A stretch of 64,000 nt of DNA. Source: a virus (lineage: Duplodnaviria; Caudoviricetes). This document shows positions 1 through 9,292 of the stretch, in pieces. Positions within the stretch are counted from its first letter, which is position 1, and each line of letters opens with the position of its first letter. The stretch is from positions 1 through 64,000 of the IMG/VR virus record IMGVR_UViG_3300011858_000030; one strand, 5' to 3'. Below the pieces are notes generated by a model. That model saw only the letters and a program-made list of their open reading frames with translations, searched no databases and was not told the DNA's origin. The position numbers and the translations under genes are program-made.

Positions 1-390
1 TTACATCACCGGGCAGTCGTCGAACTCACCCGAGCGAGCATCGTTGATGCTATAGGTGATCACCCCAAACACCGGCCGCGAAGTATCCGAGGCGTCATCC
101 TTCGATGGTAACGGCTCCATCCTTCCATTTTCAGGGTTCTCCAGGCATGGATGCGGTATCGCCCTGTACCGCATGATCCTGAACTCACCATCAACGGCAC
201 AGACAAGCAGAGAACCGTCTTTCGGTGTCAGTGATGAATCGACGATGAGCATGGCCCCCTTCATGATCCCCGCACGCAGGTATGTCGTGCCGGCTATCAT
301 CATGTACGTGGCAGAAGGGTGAGCGATGAGACGCTTGTCGAGTGATATGCGCTCTTCAACATAGTCTGCTGCTGGCGACGGAAAACCCAT
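1..390 (-). CDS. humD: UmuD'-like / HumD-like SOS protein (129 aa)
   Basis: Starts MGFPSPAADYVE, the post-cleavage N-terminus of UmuD; PSATY..LIVDSS..AVDGEF motifs; GGAGGT RBS (complement at 396-401). Start placed at ATG 390, not 444. Confidence 0.8.
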   Translation of the reverse strand: MGFPSPAADYVEERISLDKRLIAHPSATYMMIAGTTYLRAGIMKGAMLIVDSSLTPKDGSLLVCAVDGEFRIMRYRAIPHPCLENPENGRMEPLPSKDDASDTSRPVFGVITYSINDARSGEFDDCPVM

Positions 391-405
391 GGTACACCTC
401 CGAAA

Positions 406-425
406 TACTGTATACGCATACAGTA
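406..425. promoter_or_regulatory. LexA (SOS) box
   Basis: TACTGTATACGCATACAGTA matches CTG-N10-CAG with TA flanks, immediately upstream of the UmuD'-like gene. Confidence 0.9.
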
Positions 426-540
426 TAGTTAAGTGGTATCCCATCGCCTATCAATTTTTCCAGCTTGGCAAAAAAATGGTTGTGCTGTTCCTTCTTCCAT
501 TTGAAAATACTTAACAAAATAAAATGGTATCAGAGGATGT

Positions 541-2328
541 ATGAAAGTTGACAATACAGTTAACAAACTAGGCTACATAGATGCAACCAGGGGCATAGCC
601 ATTTTAATGGTGATAATGGTCAATACTTCCCAGTTAGTTGATGGTCTTCCTGGGCTGGTTGGTTCTGTGGCTTCGTTCGGGCAAATGGGTGTGCAGCTAT
701 TTTTTGTGGCTTCTGCTTTGACTCTGTGCATGTCTCACGCCAGGAGATCGAGTGAAAGAAACCCAACAATTAAATATTTCATTCGGCGTTTTTTTAGGAT
801 TGCACCATTATATTACTGCGGAATTATTGGTTTTTTTGTTCTTAACTATGTTGGCACCAAGTACCTTGGCGCACCATACATGCATGAAGGTCAGTATTCA
901 GCTATAAATATTCTTTCAAATATATTTATGCTGCATGGAATGGTTCCATCAGCCAATAACACAATTGTTCCTGGCGGTTGGTCAATAGGTACTGAATTTA
1001 TATTTTATGCATTATTCCCAGCACTTTTTATCATTTTTGATAAAATGCATAGAAAGGCCGGATTAAAAGCAATATTTATAGTGTGGGTATTTATAACAAC
1101 ACTAAACTTTGCGTTTCAGCTTTTTTATTCATCGCATTCAAATCTTGGCTTCTTTAATAACTCATTCTGGTACTTTAATATATCAAACAACCTAAGTGTA
1201 TTTATTGCTGGGTTCATGATATTTTATGGAGCTGATAAAATAGTAAGTTCCAAAACAACATCATACCTACTATTTGCAGCACTAATTACAGTGTCTATTT
1301 TTATTTTTAGCATGAATAGACACATTCTTTACAGCATAGTGCCAGCCATTTCAGCCATTGCATTTATTTTCCTTATATCAGGACTTGAGCGCTCTAATGC
1401 CTCTCCGAAAATCCTAAGAAGGATAGGTCAGCTTTCATTTGCTATGTATATTACGCATATTGTTTTTACATCATACGTAATGAGGGCTATAAACAAGCAT
1501 ATTCCAGATTTTTCGCCTTCAATTAAACTGCTGGCTTTTTATATTATTGTCGTTTCTATTTCATTTGTAGCTGCGGTTGTTTGCGAAAAACTAATTGAAA
1601 ACCCAGGAATACAAATGGGTAAAAAATTAATAAATAGCCTTAAATCTGATAATGACAAATCAAAACTTAAAATTGTTATGGCGCTTGGAGTTGCATTTCT
1701 GTTGTGTGCGTCTAGTGCCGTAGCTTACCGTCATTTTCAATCTTATATGTCAACTAAGCGCGTATCTGACTTTCAGTCGGTAATGCTCGACTTTAAAAAA
1801 ATGAATGCAAACCAGGCCGATGGTGACTACATAATATACGGGGATTCGCTCATTCAAGGCATGTCACCTTATGGTCTAAACTTTAAATATGTAAACATGG
1901 GTGTAGGTGGTTATTCAATATCTCAGATTTTGTCTTTGTCAAAAGATTACGAAGCATCTGGGTATAAAGGCGCAATAATTGAGGGCGGTGTTAACGATGC
2001 TATGGGTTCGAAAACACAAGAAGAGATTTCGATGGATTATGAGAAATTACTTGGAAACGCCTCCATCGTTGACAATGTTTATGCATTGAAAGTTTTGCCA
2101 ATCATAAGTGGAGCAAGAAAAGATGTTGACCATGTTAACTCAAGAATAAGCATGATTAACACCATAATTGATAAATTATGCACTCGTAAAGTTAACTGTA
2201 AGGTGATCGAAGTTCCCGCTGAGTTTTTATCTGATAAAAAAAATGATTTATACTTTGATGACGGTGTTCATTTAAACAAAAATGGATATGCCGTCTGGAT
2301 GAGAGAAATTAATAAACATGTGAAGTAG
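541..2328 (+). CDS. Acyltransferase-3 membrane domain fused to C-terminal SGNH/GDSL domain (OafA-like surface-polysaccharide modification moron)
   Basis: AT3 motifs DATRGIAIL, GVQLFFV, RRFFRIAP, WSIGTEFIFY, YITH; SGNH blocks GDS, GVGG, GGVND, DGVH; AT-rich; opposite strand to the phage late genes. Confidence 0.88.
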   Translation: MKVDNTVNKLGYIDATRGIAILMVIMVNTSQLVDGLPGLVGSVASFGQMGVQLFFVASALTLCMSHARRSSERNPTIKYFIRRFFRIAPLYYCGIIGFFVLNYVGTKYLGAPYMHEGQYSAINILSNIFMLHGMVPSANNTIVPGGWSIGTEFIFYALFPALFIIFDKMHRKAGLKAIFIVWVFITTLNFAFQLFYSSHSNLGFFNNSFWYFNISNNLSVFIAGFMIFYGADKIVSSKTTSYLLFAALITVSIFIFSMNRHILYSIVPAISAIAFIFLISGLERSNASPKILRRIGQLSFAMYITHIVFTSYVMRAINKHIPDFSPSIKLLAFYIIVVSISFVAAVVCEKLIENPGIQMGKKLINSLKSDNDKSKLKIVMALGVAFLLCASSAVAYRHFQSYMSTKRVSDFQSVMLDFKKMNANQADGDYIIYGDSLIQGMSPYGLNFKYVNMGVGGYSISQILSLSKDYEASGYKGAIIEGGVNDAMGSKTQEEISMDYEKLLGNASIVDNVYALKVLPIISGARKDVDHVNSRISMINTIIDKLCTRKVNCKVIEVPAEFLSDKKNDLYFDDGVHLNKNGYAVWMREINKHVK

Positions 2329-2332
2329 GTGA

Positions 2333-2361
2333 AAGGGCCGCGTTGCGGCCCTTGCTTTTTT
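2333..2361 (+). terminator. Intrinsic terminator between converging acyltransferase and tailspike genes
   Basis: Stem AAGGGCCGC/GCGGCCCTT followed by GCTTTTTT. Confidence 0.75.
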
Positions 2362-4630
2362 ACCATGAAGCATCAATGTAGAATGTTGGGGATGTTGTAG
2401 TGGACCCAACAATCGTTATCGCCCCTGTTGAAGCGTTTATCGTTGCCATAGCCATTCCGAATGATGTTCCGTCAGCTGTAAATGGCACAGGAATGTTTTT
2501 GTTAACAGGTGGTCTGCACCATCTTGGCAACGTCAATACTGTATTGCCATTTGCAAATGACGTAGCGGCAAGTTTAACATTTATTGAATTACCAGTTAAG
2601 CTTGATGGTGTCTGTACGGTTACGTTCGTCCCAGCCCACCACTGAACGGCAGACCTCGGTGTGAAATCAACCCTTGACCACCAGTCAATAATTGCTGAGC
2701 AAATAATTTCCGCATAAAGACGATAACCAAGCTGGCTCTGATGGATATCATCACGTAACAATGGATCATACTGTGTACCGAAATATTCAGGCAGTGGAGC
2801 TGGTAATTGGTGTGTGGTGCTTACACAAATAACATTGTTGCCATATTTCATCATTTTCCGCTTTCCTGCCTCGCGCAACTCCGCCACACCATCGTAATTA
2901 GCTGATGGTTGACCAGCGCCGCCAATAAATGACTGGCTATACCACATCCAAGGCTCAACCCAAACAGGGATACGACCAAGGCCATTGCAATAAAGTACAA
3001 ACTCCTCAACCAGCGCAGCCATATAATCTCCGCTCTGATTTGCCTGCCCTTCGTTAGTTCCGGCAACCATAATAACAATGTAAGCATCACCCGGCCCCTG
3101 AGCCTTCAGGAGATCTAGCTGTTGCCTCATTGTCTGCCCGGCAATTGCCTTGTTTACAATGCTATATGAACGGTGGCCGTTCGCTCCATCCATTAATTGC
3201 GGAATGTACGAGCTGAACGCGGAAATGAAATCCTCAGCCGTACTATCTCCATGAATCAGAATATGTAGTGGCGGCTTACCATGCACGCCATTGTTCGAAA
3301 TATAGCTGCATAGCCCAGTTACACGAGCAACGCCTGATGATGACGCTGTTAGCGCAACAAATCCCACCTCATAAACATCACCTACCTCTGAAGTATCGAA
3401 TGGAACACGGATACCGACGCCATTCATGGTAATCAAAGCAATGTTTTTTGCCTGTAAAGACACACCTATAGTGGCCTTTCCTGGCGCATAGGAAAGAAGG
3501 TTGCCAGGGATGGAAAATGGAGTTCCGTTTGCTACTGCACCTCCAACCGGTTTTTGTCTATAACTCCACTGCGTTGCCCCTGGAGCACCGTAGAACATCA
3601 TCCATCCTGCAGAACAACGAAGCAACAGCCCTATTTCAGTTGCAACCTGAGACTCCATACGGATATGTGCTGAAATGTGTTCACCAACCGCAATAGGGGC
3701 AAAAAGCCCTGTTGTCAGATTCGCTGCTAATGAAAAAATGGCTGCACTATCAGAAGAATTATTGATCCCGCCTGCTGTGAATGTATCTCCATTTACAGAA
3801 TATACCTTGCAATCAGCCCACTCGACGCGCTTCATTCTAACCGGATTACGATTTAGAATGGCCTGCTTTGCAAGATATCTCGTTTCCCCTCCGGTTGTTT
3901 TAAAGTTCAGGTTGGTGAATTCAAATGTTCCCTCGCCTTCGTACTGAAGTGATTTGAAGAGGGAGTACAAATCACTATCGAACCGCAGAGTTACATTTTT
4001 GTCGATGATAACTTTGCTGTTAGCCAGGAAAGAAGCATTCGCAGCTGTAGACGGCACAGTGTAAACCATCTGAGATTTTGAATGATTCGAGAAGTAAACA
4101 TACCCATATGAAGCAACACTATCACGCCATGCCTGCACTACGTTCGAGTTAACATAGCTTGGGATCTTAGTAATTGACTGCAGAACCAGACTTTGCTGAG
4201 AAAGAGCTCCATTAACGAGACTCACGCCGCCCGGCGCCGCCAGCGCAGCCCTTAAAGATGCATCACCAACACCTACCCATTTCCCCTTACCAATCCCACC
4301 AGTGCTATCAGGCGTAGATCCAGGGGGAACTACTTTGGGGAGCGGCCCATCCCATCTGTAGTACTCGCCGTTGCTCTCCCAGCGTAAGCACTCGTTAGCA
4401 AGGCTAATGGTGCTGCCATCTTCAAAAGAATCCTTCGTGATATAGCCATAATTCAGAATTGCCTGATTCGCATCGTAATTTATTCCCTCAATTGTACGAT
4501 GCTCTTCGCCAAACCTGTCAACATAAACATGGTTTTCAGACGTAACAAATTCGTCAATTTTCCCCGCGTTAAATTTCAGGTCGCGAGGCGATTCACTTGG
4601 TACTGCGTCTTGAGTAGGTTGCGTAGCCAT
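2360..4630 (-). CDS. Tailspike / receptor-binding protein with SGNH esterase domain
   Basis: N-terminal virion-anchoring domain MATQPTQDAVPSESPRDLKFNAGKIDEFVTS...YYRWDG typical of enterobacterial siphovirus spikes; SGNH blocks HGDS, AGQT, GTNE, DDIH; last gene of tail operon. Confidence 0.82.
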   Translation of the reverse strand: MATQPTQDAVPSESPRDLKFNAGKIDEFVTSENHVYVDRFGEEHRTIEGINYDANQAILNYGYITKDSFEDGSTISLANECLRWESNGEYYRWDGPLPKVVPPGSTPDSTGGIGKGKWVGVGDASLRAALAAPGGVSLVNGALSQQSLVLQSITKIPSYVNSNVVQAWRDSVASYGYVYFSNHSKSQMVYTVPSTAANASFLANSKVIIDKNVTLRFDSDLYSLFKSLQYEGEGTFEFTNLNFKTTGGETRYLAKQAILNRNPVRMKRVEWADCKVYSVNGDTFTAGGINNSSDSAAIFSLAANLTTGLFAPIAVGEHISAHIRMESQVATEIGLLLRCSAGWMMFYGAPGATQWSYRQKPVGGAVANGTPFSIPGNLLSYAPGKATIGVSLQAKNIALITMNGVGIRVPFDTSEVGDVYEVGFVALTASSSGVARVTGLCSYISNNGVHGKPPLHILIHGDSTAEDFISAFSSYIPQLMDGANGHRSYSIVNKAIAGQTMRQQLDLLKAQGPGDAYIVIMVAGTNEGQANQSGDYMAALVEEFVLYCNGLGRIPVWVEPWMWYSQSFIGGAGQPSANYDGVAELREAGKRKMMKYGNNVICVSTTHQLPAPLPEYFGTQYDPLLRDDIHQSQLGYRLYAEIICSAIIDWWSRVDFTPRSAVQWWAGTNVTVQTPSSLTGNSINVKLAATSFANGNTVLTLPRWCRPPVNKNIPVPFTADGTSFGMAMATINASTGAITIVGSTTTSPTFYIDASW

Positions 4631-4641
4631 ATTGATTCCAT

Positions 4642-4667
4642 AAAAAACCCGGCGCAGTGGCCGGGTT
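4642..4667 (-). terminator. Intrinsic terminator after J-like gene
   Basis: On - strand AACCCGGC-loop-GCCGGGTT-TTTT. Confidence 0.7.
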
Positions 4668-4686
4668 GGGATTGTCGGGAAAAATC

Positions 4687-7164
4687 TTATTGGTAGATGG
4701 CGTCGCTGTATTCCGCGACAGTCAGGGAGACTGTGTTATCAGTGTTCGGTTTGATGCTGTTTACCGTCCACAGTTGGCTGTCCAGTTCTTCCACTGTCGC
4801 GATGAGATAACGCGACGGGAGTTGCACTGTATCTCCGTTCCAGATGTTGAGTTGAATGTCTGGTATTGCCGCGGTGAATCCGTACTTGGTATCGCTACGG
4901 GCGGTGGCCGGATAGCGCAGGGTTGGGTTACCCAGACTGTCGGTCACCAGCACGTACATTGAACCGGTAAACGCTATCGGTTCGCTGGTATCGAAGTTAT
5001 TCCCGGCGCGGCCGGTGATGTAACCCTGCTGCTGGTTGCTGTCGTAGATGTCAGGCATCTGAATGACGCTGCCAACCTGGATAATGCCGTCTTCGAACAC
5101 CTTAGCGTTCATCTTCACCCGGGAGTAGATAAGCCGCTTCGTTTCGCGCAGCGCGCGTTCCCGAGCCTGATACTCGTTACGGAAGCCGACTATCTCGAGC
5201 TTGTTCGGGTTCTCTGCTTCCTGTTCGATGATGGAGCCGTTCAGCACGCGGTAATTGATGTATGTCTTGTTGTTCGTGGTCGGGTGGACATAGGACACCT
5301 GCACGCCGTCGTAGCCGCCCGGAAGAGTGGCTTCGTACGTCATTTTGTATTCGTCCGTCTTCATGTTGGCACGATTGAATACTGCAGCCGGGTAATCAAC
5401 TTTTTGGTCGCGAGTAAACGTCAGCACGCCATCGTCCCAGTACGCCACCACTGACGCCGCATTGCAGATCGCCTGCACGCGGTCGCCCAGCGAGTCGTTC
5501 TCGTCATCAAACGTGTAGTCGAAATAACCCAGGCGCTCATCAGGCAGGCTTTCAGCAATCGAATACAGCCCGTAGAGGTCAATGCTGCTTACCGGCTGCG
5601 CGCCCATAATCAGCCAGGTGTGCGCCACAGCATCAGCGAACGAGCGTGACGGACGCAGCGTGTAATCCACCGTCTGCGTGTCCAGGTCGTAAGTGATGGT
5701 ATGACGTGTCACCAGCGCGTTATATTTGCGCTCGCGGCTCCCCAGCGCGTTCTCAGTCGCTCTCACCTTCACTCGTACCAGCGTGTCGGTCGGATGAACG
5801 ACGTTCGTCCTGATGTTGATGCTGTGGATCTCTTCGACCTTCAGCAGTGAAGCATCGCCGGAGTTATCCGTGCGCTGGAAGCTGACCGCGTATTTCCCAA
5901 AGCCGCCGGACGGTGTGATTTTGTCTGTGCGGTAGAACACCTCACTTGTTGAGTCATGCGGTGTCGTCTGCCGGTATGTGAAAGTCTGCTGGGTGCCTGG
6001 AACCTGGTTATAATCGTCGTCGATTTTCCAGATGACTACCTTCCAGTTCGTTTCCTTATTTCCTCCAAGGCTGGACTGGGTATGCAGCCACAACTGAGTT
6101 GACTCGACAGGAGAGAAGAACGGTCCGACGATCAGAGCCTCGTTGTCATTGAGGATGAACTTCGTTGTGTTGATCGTGGCATTCGCCGGGATGTCCTGAT
6201 GACCATCAAGCTGGTTCATCGTGAACGTGTACCAGCGCACCGGATTAACCACAGCGCCGTCGTTTGTTTCAACGGCGGAGATCAGCGTCCCGGAGAATGT
6301 CGCGTCAGTGGTTACGCTGCCTGATGCTGTGTTGTACGTAACGTTGATGGTGAAGGTAACCGCATGCGGCAGCACCAGCCCCATAAAGTAGTCAAACTCG
6401 GCCTGTTTCACGATTTTCATCGCTATCTGGCCGCCGGAGTACGTACCGCTGACCACGGTTGTTGCAGTAGCGCTCTCTAACGGAAAATCGCTGGCCTCGT
6501 TCTGCCCGGGGACCTCCTGCCCGTCGACGTCATCAAACCCGTAGCCTTCGACGATCTGCGGGATTACTTCGCCAGGCTGGAAGAACTGGAATTCGGCACC
6601 AGCAAGAGAGCCCAGGCTTGATTCTGAGTAGCGCACAGACTCGTAATCGTATTTGCCGATCCCGATGCACATCCATTCCGTTACGTACTTCAGGCCGCCG
6701 TCGGTGGACGTCTGGTGAACGTATTCGAATACCGACTCCTGAATCAGGTCCGGGAATGAACGAATCTGTCCGTAGATGTCCGGCTTGGCCTTATACACAC
6801 GCGCGGTGTTTGTCTGACCGGTCAGGCTATTGTTCGGTGAGTCGACGGTATTACCGCCGTTGTTCGCGATAGCGGGCTTCGGCGCCAGGAACGAAAACAC
6901 CTGACCCACCACTTTAAATATCGGGCTCAGGATGTCGCCGACAATGCCCTTCGGCTGGTCGAATATCTGGATGTGGTCCAGCTCACTCAGCTCAAACGCC
7001 AGCTCGTCATCGTCGCCCAACTTCACGCCGTTGCGGACGATCAGCAGATCGCGGTGAAAGGTAGCGTCATTTGCCGCCAGCCAGTCATAAAAAAGGGTGC
7101 CGTTTGGCACCCTGCAACGCAGCTTAGGCGTTCCTGGAAAATTTGATATCTCAACCAGCGCCAT
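4687..7164 (-). CDS. Tail tip / host specificity protein (lambda J-like central hub)
   Basis: About 825 aa from MALVEISNFPG; YGQIRSFPDL and Fn3-like C-terminal region; position between NlpC/P60 gene and spike. Confidence 0.8.
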   Translation of the reverse strand: MALVEISNFPGTPKLRCRVPNGTLFYDWLAANDATFHRDLLIVRNGVKLGDDDELAFELSELDHIQIFDQPKGIVGDILSPIFKVVGQVFSFLAPKPAIANNGGNTVDSPNNSLTGQTNTARVYKAKPDIYGQIRSFPDLIQESVFEYVHQTSTDGGLKYVTEWMCIGIGKYDYESVRYSESSLGSLAGAEFQFFQPGEVIPQIVEGYGFDDVDGQEVPGQNEASDFPLESATATTVVSGTYSGGQIAMKIVKQAEFDYFMGLVLPHAVTFTINVTYNTASGSVTTDATFSGTLISAVETNDGAVVNPVRWYTFTMNQLDGHQDIPANATINTTKFILNDNEALIVGPFFSPVESTQLWLHTQSSLGGNKETNWKVVIWKIDDDYNQVPGTQQTFTYRQTTPHDSTSEVFYRTDKITPSGGFGKYAVSFQRTDNSGDASLLKVEEIHSINIRTNVVHPTDTLVRVKVRATENALGSRERKYNALVTRHTITYDLDTQTVDYTLRPSRSFADAVAHTWLIMGAQPVSSIDLYGLYSIAESLPDERLGYFDYTFDDENDSLGDRVQAICNAASVVAYWDDGVLTFTRDQKVDYPAAVFNRANMKTDEYKMTYEATLPGGYDGVQVSYVHPTTNNKTYINYRVLNGSIIEQEAENPNKLEIVGFRNEYQARERALRETKRLIYSRVKMNAKVFEDGIIQVGSVIQMPDIYDSNQQQGYITGRAGNNFDTSEPIAFTGSMYVLVTDSLGNPTLRYPATARSDTKYGFTAAIPDIQLNIWNGDTVQLPSRYLIATVEELDSQLWTVNSIKPNTDNTVSLTVAEYSDAIYQ

Positions 7165-7543
7165 ACGAAAAGTACTCCACTTTGGTGAATGCCCGCTGAA
7201 TGACCAGCAACGAGTCCATGCGCACACTGCCGCCCTCACCGCGCGCATGCAGCGCCTGACGGTTTAGCACAAGGCCAACGTGCGCAGGCTGCGCGCCGCG
7301 ATACCCCACGAATATCCCGCCCTCTACCGGCTTATCGACCTGGCGCCAGAAAACGACGTCGCCCTGATAGCAGGTGAAGAAGTCAGCTCCGGCTTCGTAG
7401 TCCGGCGTCTGGTGCAGCTCAATGCCGAGAACGTGCCGGTAATACAGCACCACCAATGCCCAACAATCCATCGCACCGAATGTGCAACTCCTGTTGGCCC
7501 ATGGCTTTCCAATAACAACTTTGATGAAGTCGGATTTATCCAT
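7151..7543 (-). CDS. Tail assembly NlpC/P60 family protein (lambda K-like)
   Basis: MDKSDF..GKPW..GAMDCWALV..HVGL motifs; start at ATG 7543 just after the HNH stop. Confidence 0.8.
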   Translation of the reverse strand: MDKSDFIKVVIGKPWANRSCTFGAMDCWALVVLYYRHVLGIELHQTPDYEAGADFFTCYQGDVVFWRQVDKPVEGGIFVGYRGAQPAHVGLVLNRQALHARGEGGSVRMDSLLVIQRAFTKVEYFSYGAG

Positions 7544-7544
7544 G

Positions 7545-7868
7545 TCACTCACCGTGGCGGGATGTGAAACCTTCATGACTGCGGAGAGCCTCAGCGCGAG
7601 CGGTACATGCATCTTCAAAGTTTACGAACTTCCCAAGGTGCTTCTTGCAAAGTCTCGCAACCCATTTTCCGGTGTTTTTGTCAAAACAAACCCCTGTCAC
7701 TCCTGAGGTGTTTTTCGAGCTTTTCCGCCTATTTCGCTGGTTAATGCTGTTGGTTGCCAGCCTGAGGTTTTCAATATTATTGTTAAGTCTTTCGCCATCA
7801 ATATGGTCAACTTGGTAGCCTGCAGGAATAGCTCCATGGTGTATCTCATAAATAATCCGATGCGCTAG
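7545..7868 (-). pseudogene. 3' part of HNH endonuclease (HNH + AP2-like), split by the Mu-like insertion
   Basis: Manual translation LAHRIIYEIHHGAIPAGYQVDHIDGERLNNNIENLRLAT...NTSGVTGVCFDKNTGKWVA...HGE*; no start codon; joins in frame to 43366-43513. Confidence 0.9.
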
Positions 7869-7915
7869 TGTAGCGCGGCGAAATTTTTCGCACCGAAACG
7901 CATAAAATTATGCAC
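7869..7915 (+). repeat. Mu-like right end (attR) with transposase-binding sites
   Basis: TGTAGCGCGGCGAAATTTTTCGCAC (7869-7893) and CGCATAAAATTATGCAC (7899-7915); the GCAC ends are 22 bp apart, like Mu R1/R2. Confidence 0.8.
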
Positions 7916-7982
7916 CGCAGCAACCGAGCGAAATACCGATATTGCGCACAGTGCAAATTAAAACGCCACGCAACTCACCTGA

Positions 7983-8537
7983 TTAAAATGATGAAGCCGG
8001 GAACCGACGATAAAGAGTGGATATACCGGCATCGAAAATAAGCGCAACTCGCTGCCGTGTTTCTCCGGCTGCAATTAGTCTCCCCATCTGATCCCACTGT
8101 TCAGCTGTAAACTTCGGGCGTCTTCCTCCCACTCTGCCTTGAGCCCTTGCTGCTGCCAGACCAGCCCTTGTGCGTTCCACAATTAATTCACGCTCCATCT
8201 CAGCCAATGCGCCCATAACGTGAAAGAAGAAACGTCCCATTGGGGTAGACGTATCTATACTGTCGGTCAGGCTGCGAAAATTGATATCTCGTTCCCTCAA
8301 CTCCTCTACCAGCAGGACAAGATGGCGCATGCTGCGCCCAAGGCGATCTAGTTTCCAGACCACAAGCGTATCCCCCTTTCCCAGCGTCTTAAGCACACGT
8401 TTTAGCCCTGGACGCTCCGAGGTTTTACCGCTGATCTTGTCTTCAAATATCAGTTCACATCCTGCGCATTCCAGCGCGGTTCGCTGCAATGCGGTGTTCT
8501 GGTCATTTGTTGACACCCTTACATACCCAATAAGCAT
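7983..8537 (-). CDS. gin: Serine DNA invertase (Gin/Pin/Hin family, 184 aa)
   Basis: MLIGYVRVSTNDQN..., DTLVVWKLDRLGRS, GRVGGRRP, C-terminal HTH STLYR; adjacent to hix-like site. Confidence 0.93.
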   Translation of the reverse strand: MLIGYVRVSTNDQNTALQRTALECAGCELIFEDKISGKTSERPGLKRVLKTLGKGDTLVVWKLDRLGRSMRHLVLLVEELRERDINFRSLTDSIDTSTPMGRFFFHVMGALAEMERELIVERTRAGLAAARAQGRVGGRRPKFTAEQWDQMGRLIAAGETRQRVALIFDAGISTLYRRFPASSF

Positions 8538-8591
8538 GGTTTTATCCCCTGCAAAAGGCAGAAAGCATGCCACTGGTGAGCTGGATGGTCA

Positions 8592-8617
8592 TTCTCAAAA
8601 ATGTTGGTTTGGGAGAT
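8592..8617 (+). promoter_or_regulatory. Invertase crossover site (hix/gix-like), invertase-proximal
   Basis: TTCTCAAAAATG-TT-GGTTTGGGAGAT; inverted relative to the 10458 site, same central dinucleotide and same reading frame (KNVGL vs SNLGL); one half-site is degenerate. Confidence 0.8.
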
Positions 8618-9292
8618 GGCACCGGAAGACTGATTAATGTCCAGACCTTTACCGCTAGCGGAACATATAGACCAACAACGGGAACGAAATTTGTTATTGC
8701 CGAAGTTCTTGGCGGTGGTGGTGGTGGTGGCAGTAACGCGGCTACTCCAAGTTCGGGAGCTGCGGCAGGTGCTGGCGGAGCTTCAGGTTCTTATGCTGTA
8801 TGCAAACATATCCCGACAGGGCCAGTAAGTGTTGTCATCGGCGCAGGTGGTTCTGGCGGTGTGCCTGCGCCACTCGGTGCAGATGGTAGCACTGGCGGAA
8901 CAACATCATTTGGGGCTGTATCAGCGCCCGGAGGCTATGGTGGTCCTAAAGGAGTGGCTTTTAATAACTTCCCCACGGGGGGAAATGTTGCAATCGGTTC
9001 TGCACCGGTTTCTGGTTCGGTGATTGTTAGCTCTATAGGCTCTTCTGGCTCTTATGGAATCCTCTATTCAGACTCGAACGCAACTGGCGGTGGTGGTGGA
9101 AGCAGCAATTACGGTGCGGGTGGAGTTGCAATGACAATCAATGCTGGCGGTTCTGGTACACAGCGAGGAATGGATGCTCATGGTTACGGCTCTGGTGGTG
9201 GTGGCGCAGTATCAGTACATACATCCACGGCCGCAAGCTCACGGGGCGGTAATGGCGCACCGGGGATCGTTATTATCTGGGAGTACGCATAA
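8606..9292 (+). other. Silent alternative tail-fibre C-terminal cassette (glycine-rich domain, 228 aa)
   Basis: GLGDGTGRLINVQTFTASGTY..GGGGGGG.. begins at the crossover site; inversion fuses it in frame to the 100-aa constant fibre N-terminus. Confidence 0.82.

Noticed and set aside
7544-7618. N-terminal extension of the NlpC/P60 ORF to 7618
   Set aside because: It overlaps the HNH remnant in another frame; the ATG at 7543 follows the HNH stop directly.
7864-7868. Canonical 5-bp TSD (GCTAG or CTAGA)
   Set aside because: The left 5-mer GCTAG and right 5-mer CTAGA differ; only CTAG is shared.
8567-8605. ATG at 8567 as the start of a stand-alone 241-aa glycine-rich gene
   Set aside because: It overlaps the invertase leader and lies outside the crossover site; the reading frame is better explained as the silent fibre tip that fuses in frame after inversion.
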